From assembly GCF_009914755.1 (NCBI RefSeq), contig NC_060926.1: a stretch of 64,000 nucleotides of DNA. One strand, written 5' to 3'. The notes beneath the pieces are model-generated. The model saw nothing but the letters and a program-made list of their open reading frames with translations. It was not told where the DNA came from and ran no database searches. The stretch comes from the human T2T-CHM13v2.0 reference genome, Homo sapiens. The position numbers and the translations under genes are program-made. Below are positions 56,692 through 64,000 of the stretch, in pieces (the stretch's first letter is position 1; each line of letters starts with the position of its first letter).

Positions 56692-57732
56692 TGTGTAGCT
56701 TAGATTGAGTGTCCCTAGAAGACCCTGAGACAAGAATTTGTGCAAGTTGTTTATTTGAGAAATGATAGTAACAAGCACAGTAAGAGAGGCAAAGAAGTGA
56801 GACAGACAAGGGAAAGATGCCACTAAAAAATGGTTTAAAAAAACCCCATAAAACAAAACAACCCCCCCAAAAAAGGCTATGTTTTTTCCCAAAAATATAT
56901 CATGTTTATTGAGGTATAACATACAGGGTTAAATAAAGGGTTTTAGTCCCATATACACAGTCACATAACCACAATCAAGATGTAGTATAATTTCATCACT
57001 TATCAAAATGTCCCACATTCTTGCTCCTGATAGTCAATCCCCCACTCCCTGGAGAACACTGATCTGTTCTTTGTCCCTCTATTCTTGCCTTTTCCAGAAA
57101 GACATATATATGGAATTATACAGTAGCCTTTTGAGTCTGGCTTCTTCACTTAATAAAATGCATTTAATATTGAACAATGTTGTCGCATGAATCATGTTTT
57201 CTTTTTTAATTTTTAAATTGTTGAGCAATATTCCCTTGCATGAATGCACTACCACAGCAGTTGCCATTCATCAGCTGAAGGACAGTTAGGTTGTTTCCAG
57301 TTCTTGGTGATTATGAACACAGCTGCTATAAACATTCATATGGACATAAGTTTTCTTTTCTCTTGAGTAACTAACTAGGAATAGTATTGCCAGGACATAT
57401 GGTGGGCATATGCCTAAACTTAGAAACTGCTCAGTGGGCAACTGGGACTCACTCCTCCTGGAGACTTCTTGTAGACTGCACAAAACTATGCTTCACAGTT
57501 TTTCCATTCAAGGGACCAGGAAGCTGGGGGATTCATTTGTCCTCCAACTCTGCCATTAGTTGAAGGTTGCTCTCAAGAGTATTAACCCTAGAGCATCTAT
57601 GGCCCATCTGGTACAGAATATGCATGTTCTAAAGGACGTAGTAAAACCTAGGTTAGAAGTTGAAGCTGTTTTCAGTAGGAAGCCTTGGGGTTGATATGCA
57701 CAGAATGTTGAGGCCTGCCAGCACCTTCTACA
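56692..57732 (-). mobile_element. LTR33-like (ERVL) LTR, interrupted by an antisense L1M 3' fragment (about 56895-57430)
   Basis: agaagaccctgagacaagaatttgtgcaagttgtttatttg..gaagtgagacag; resumes at caaggg..ggaagctgggg..gaaggttgctc. Confidence 0.65.
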
Positions 57733-58314
57733 TCATGTGGGGAAACATGTTGCCATTCAAATTCTAGTAATAATTATTTTTGTGGGGGTGTAAGGCTTTA
57801 ACAGGAACATGACTTTCCCTTGTCTCAGAATCCTCAAATATAAGAAATCTTATGTTAGTATATTTTGTAAATAATCACAATAATACTGATTATTACCGTG
57901 AGAGAGTTTATGAAGCACTTACTATCAGGGAACTATCATTATCTCTGTTTGCCCAGGGTGATATTGCTAGGAGATAGTGAAGCCACTATTCAGTTAAGCA
58001 GCCTGGTTTCAGAAAAGGTACTTCTAACCACTATGTTATACTATATAATCCTGTTATAACTTAGGTTATGAGAATTTCTACAAATAAAAAAAAGAGAATA
58101 AACAAGAGTTTGTATATAGGTCACTGAACTGTTCATATATAATAAAATAGTAAACAAAATGTAATGTTCTACAAAATACTGTGCTTGTGTGGTGGGTTGT
58201 AGGGATTTTGCTTCTGTTTCCTTGTTTTGGATAAATTTAATTTAAAGATCATGTGTTTGTCTATGGAAAAATATTGAAATTTTACTTTTTTAATGTAAAG
58301 AATGTGTGTTTTTT

Positions 58315-58492
58315 AATTAAAAAATTTAAATGGACTATTAAATTATAATTATATATATTTATGAGGTACACATATGTACAATTATAATTTATTGTATATA
58401 TCATGTTCACTTATACATATGAGGCTAAGACATATGTATACAAAGTGGAATGATCGACTCAAGCTGGTTAACATATCCATCACTTCAGATAC
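58315..58492 (-). mobile_element. L1MA 3' terminal fragment
   Basis: tatatttatgaggtac..gtggaatgat..aacatatccatcacttca. Confidence 0.7.
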
Positions 58493-60309
58493 TATTAAAT
58501 GATGGTGGGAAGAGGTCAAAATAACATGGGGAAAACTGAAAACTGAATCCTGATTCTGCAGTTAAGAAGCAGTTGTAATGGTGAGATGTCAATTGCCAAG
58601 AGACAAAGGCAGAGAAGTATTAAACTCTCTGGGTGCTGTGTTCTTTAAGAACATCTGTCTTTGCTGGAAAGATTGATTCTGGCTTGCAGGCAGTCATTAC
58701 CACAGTGTCCAACATCAAAAAGCCTCCTTGCTCTACCCCCAGCAGTTCATCGATTCTGGACAACCCTGGGTGGTCTTGGACTCTTACCAGCATCTGCTTA
58801 GCCTCGAAGCCCCTCCAAATCTCACTTTGCCTCCACAGGCCACATTAAGTTCAAATTAACGAATTCCTCTAGGCAGAACTTTTTCAAAGAGTTGAAGCCA
58901 AAATAAAAGTTAATGAATTCCAGCAAAGGCAAAAGACCTCTGGATAGATGTTTTGCCCTTTTTATTCATTGAACTCATGCAGTTTTTATTTTCTCAGTTT
59001 TCTCTGTGTAAAACTCTCTGTTCCACCAATGTTTCCAAAATTAATTTTGACCTTCTGGCAACATTTTAATTTCACATGCCCCAGTAGATTCTCTTTGTTC
59101 AACAACTTATTTCATATATTCATTATTCCTTTTAGAAAATAGCACTATCGTGCTCAACATAAGTATTCATTATATGCCTAATTACACTGAGAACTGTGCA
59201 CAGAGACAAGAGCCTGGTGCAGAGGAAGGAGCACTTGTCTGAGGGGAGCCGACCCAGCCTCATGCAGGGCGGCGAGGCTGAAGTGTAACCCTGAGGACAG
59301 GGGGCGAGGCAGGAGCTGAGGACAGAGAGCTGACTTGGGACGAGGTTGCTCAATGCCCTGGGTAACATGTGAAGGAGTTTAGATTTTATTCCTGAGCGTG
59401 GAAGAAAACCATCTCCTCCTCTAATTTTAAACCTTCTTGAGGGCAGGGCATGTGTAATTCTGAATATCTCTTAGTATCTTCTAGTAAGTGTTGAGGACAA
59501 GTTATCATTAATAGCAACTACTTATATATTGTGGCTCAGCACCTTCCAAATACCCTAACAACACCATCCCCAAATCTTCACAAAACACTAAAAGTTGCTA
59601 TCATTTAATTGAATGTATGGATACTCAAAAATAAGACTCAGAGTAGATGAGTTGCAACTGCTTTGTTGAGTATCTAACGTGAAAGATGTAGAGAGAAGCA
59701 AGACCATTTTATGAAATTGTCACTGTCCCATAATAGATTAGAGTAGGTTCTAACTCCAGCTTTTCCCTTCTCCATGCGTGTGACTTTTGACAAATCAGTT
59801 TTTTACATATCAATGGGCATTTGTTAAAAATCTCCTGAGATTGAGGCATGATGCTTGGTTCTACGATGGAGAGGCAACAAAAACAGTCTTTACTCTCAAG
59901 GGGCTCATGGTCTTGTAGTAGAATTAAAATTTACAAGCAAGTAATAGTAAATCAATGTGAAAACTACATTAATAAATGTATACAATTTATTAAGGGACAA
60001 ATTAACTCTACAGGGTTTTATAATAAGCTGACATGAAAATGACTAATGGTTTGCCAGGCAGAGGAGAATGAGACAGACATTCCAAAAAAGAAAGAATATC
60101 CACAAATCCATGGATGTCCAAGTGTGAGAAGACTGGTCCGCCCAGATCATGTGGGCACTTATAGGCTTCAATCACTGTCTTCACCTCCAGCCTACAGATG
60201 TGTGGCTGTTAAAATGGGTTCCTGGGAACCCCAGACGTCCTGCCAGTGTTGCAAACATAACCCTGTGAGGCCCAGCATTTGCAAGACCAGCAAAGAGAGG
60301 TGATAAGCA

Positions 60310-60525
60310 GACAAAATCCAGGCCTCTCATCATATTAACTGTGTGACATTGGGTAAGGGTCCAAATCTCTCTGTGCCTCAGTTTCCACATATGTGCCATT
60401 GGGAAAATAAGAGTAACTATATCACTAGGTTGTTGAGGAGATAAATTATTTGAATATATGTAATGTTTTTGGAACAAGGCCTGGTGTAGAGTAAATTTCA
60501 TGTAAGTGTTAGCTAATTTTATGAT
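60310..60525 (+). mobile_element. MIR
   Basis: ctgtgtgacattgggtaag..ctctctgtgcctcagtttcc..ggttgttgagg. Confidence 0.8.
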
Positions 60526-60654
60526 GCTAATCACACTTTAAACAGAAGGAATCTTCTTTACCTGTTTTATACCTTCAGCTTTCATATAAGATATATTTTG
60601 AAAAAGTGTTTGCACAAAATCTTTCTAAAAAATTTTAATATAACCCCTATAGGT

Positions 60655-61756
<1,102 letters not shown>

Positions 61757-62722
61757 TAAAATCATTTTTAACTGATGCCTTTGGCGCTTCCATTTCTGGG
61801 AAATTGTTCAGTAGGTTCCTGATTACCTAGTCAAGAAAGGGTTATGGGAGCAGAGCAGGGTCTGGCTCTTATTCCAAGCACAGGTGCAGCCCAATGGTTT
61901 TCCTGTCTTTAGACAAGAATGCTTAGTAATTCCCTTGCTTAAATTGTTCCTCCATCTCTGTCATTGAATAGAATCTGACCCTGAGTAATGTGACTTAATG
62001 AGGGCAGTTTGACTGTGCATTCAAAGAACCACTAAATATATGTTTACTTTATATTTAGTCTCAGCCATTATGCATAATTATATTTAAAAGGGCACTGAAT
62101 AGATAAGTTACAAGCCACAACAGGTGTGACTGGAGAAACACAGAGAACGCACATAAAATCTGGGAGAGAGAGCAGGTTACATAAATTTCCCATCAGGGCA
62201 GAGAAATATAAGGTATATTTGAACTTTGAAGCCAATCAGTGTGCAACCAGGTAATTACAGGCAGCCTACACCAGGATGGGAGATGCTGGAGTGTGAGCTT
62301 GGGAATGCCCCCATAACTCATTCATCTTCAAAGTGCCCTTGGGGGCCCGGCCTCACCAGCCAGGAAATCCAGGATAGTCAGTTGGAATTATATCAACATC
62401 TGAGAGGCCATGGAGGGAATGAACCTCATTTACCATGATTAAAGCAGATGAACTGCAGGTTTAGCTCTTCTCCATTAAATTCCTGTTAAACTTGAGAACT
62501 TCCACAGGCATTATCTTATTAATAGGCAGGACAGTCATTAACAGGTGATGAAAGGAGGGAAGAAATGACTGTGAAATTTCTGAGAATTTAAGAATGTCTG
62601 CTTCATGTACAGTTAAGAAAGAAACTAACATTCAACATTTTTATCAGGAATTTGCATGCATTATTTCATTCATTTCTCATATCAAATCTGTTCTTTATTG
62701 GCATCAATCTAAATAAGGATAC

Positions 62723-63145
62723 TGACGGAAAATTAATATAAAAATTATTTTAGGCCCACGTTGAGGATTGAAGCCTGGGAAATACCTGGAAATGGCTTCA
62801 TTCAGCCTTCGTTACAAGCAGGTTTTTAGAAGTGAAAGGGAATAAAGAATGTGCTGATACAAAGTTTTTTGTTAGGAATTTTCAATGGTTTACAGAAATA
62901 ACATTGATTAGTGATTGGCTATACATTTTAGAGCTCTGGGTTATGAGTTATGGTGTCCAGCATATGGCATTGTTAGGTTAATTTATGGCTACTTGTCATC
63001 AAGTAATCCAGAGCCCACCCAGCAAGTGGCTTCAAAAGGTGATTACTTAGCTCAAGGTTGGGGTGGTGGGGAATGAGACCTCACTGCTGTCTCACCTTAA
63101 TGGCCCTTTTCAGATTGCTCAGATAATAGTTTCTTCTCTTTCTCA
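62723..63145 (-). mobile_element. ERV solo LTR (LTR47-like, family uncertain)
   Basis: tg...ca ends; gctgatacaaag..ggtttacagaaataacattgattagtgattggctatac (antisense CCAAT), resembling an LTR family I recall only approximately. Confidence 0.55.
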
Positions 63146-64000
63146 TAAATAAAGGAAGAGAGACTGAAAGAATCTTAGTAATTTTCTAGAGGTGGTATTT
63201 TCTAGATTCAGAATGAACTACACAAATATTGAGTCCCCTGTTATTTCCACACTATCATTTGTCCTCCAAAAGGTGAAATGCATTGTCTGACATCATATTT
63301 TAGTGACAGAGCCTGTCCTTGTACCAAGGTCTCTTGTGGTTTTCTCTATAGTCTCATGCCAGCTGCCTAGCTATGGGCCCACAGAATCAAAGCCTGGAGA
63401 GTTCCTATGAAGACCTAGATAACCAGGTTTCAACATAGCTCTGTCTCTGGAGTGAGTGGTGAAGGAAGGAGGGGAGCAGACCACGTAGCCGACTTCTCTA
63501 TTTGCATTTTTTACTTATTGTTTTGTAGTGCAAGCATCAAACACTGGAAGCGGCTGAGCATTTTTCTCTAAGTATGGCGAAAGCTTGCCTTTTTTCAGGT
63601 CTTCTTCTTCTTTCTCATTAAATCACTTTGGTCTCACACAACAAAATAGTCTTCAGGGATGGCCTTAGGCAAAGCTGTAAAATCTATCCTCTGTTCCCAG
63701 AACTTCTCCTTGTTTGTCCTCTCTCTCATTCTGTGAATCTCTCATCCTCTTCTGATACTTAGGAAATTTCTCTCATACAAGCTCAAAAAAGGATCCAGAT
63801 CATTGTATGCATGAAAACAAGGCCTCATTTGCAATTCAAAGGGCAGGCCAACTGTGATTATGCCTCTTATGTGTTGTGAATCCAATGAAGAATTTTAATA
63901 AAAGTTCTAAATTGAGGCATAGCCACATTCTAAAAGCAATGGAGAATGATTTGTGGGACATGAAAACGTGTCACCCTTTACCATTGCTTTCTTTAACGTT

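Overview
Hominoid primate (human-like) genomic DNA: AT-rich, CpG-poor and dominated by interspersed repeats, consistent with an intergenic or deep intronic region. I recognise no host protein-coding gene, tRNA or rRNA. Almost every ORF in the track is a decayed L1 ORF1/ORF2 piece, a THE1-internal piece, or an Alu/LTR/antisense by-product. The main contents are two near-full-length dead L1s (L1PA7/8-like at 13.5-20.0 kb; L1PB1-like at 49.8-56.7 kb carrying two Alus), a complete THE1 MaLR provirus (29.4-31.7 kb) inside an LTR16, solo LTRs (THE1, MSTA, MLT1, MLT2, LTR33, MER67-like), a Tigger2a, several Alus, and MIR, L2 and old L1M debris. The most unusual items are: (1) an L1 at 23.4-25.7 kb whose two upstream blocks are each inverted in place and which appears to be a young/old subfamily chimera; (2) two unexplained pairs of diverged ~90-105 bp direct repeats about 1.1-1.2 kb apart (45.5/46.7 kb and 32.3/33.4 kb), the first with a compensatory hairpin and a coding-like frame; (3) a head-to-head pair of old L1 5' termini near 6 kb; (4) a consensus splice acceptor and a homeodomain-type palindrome in repeat-poor DNA at 38-39 kb. 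Subfamily names come from my recall of consensus sequences, not from a search. I found no convincing evidence of a new biological system, only leads.
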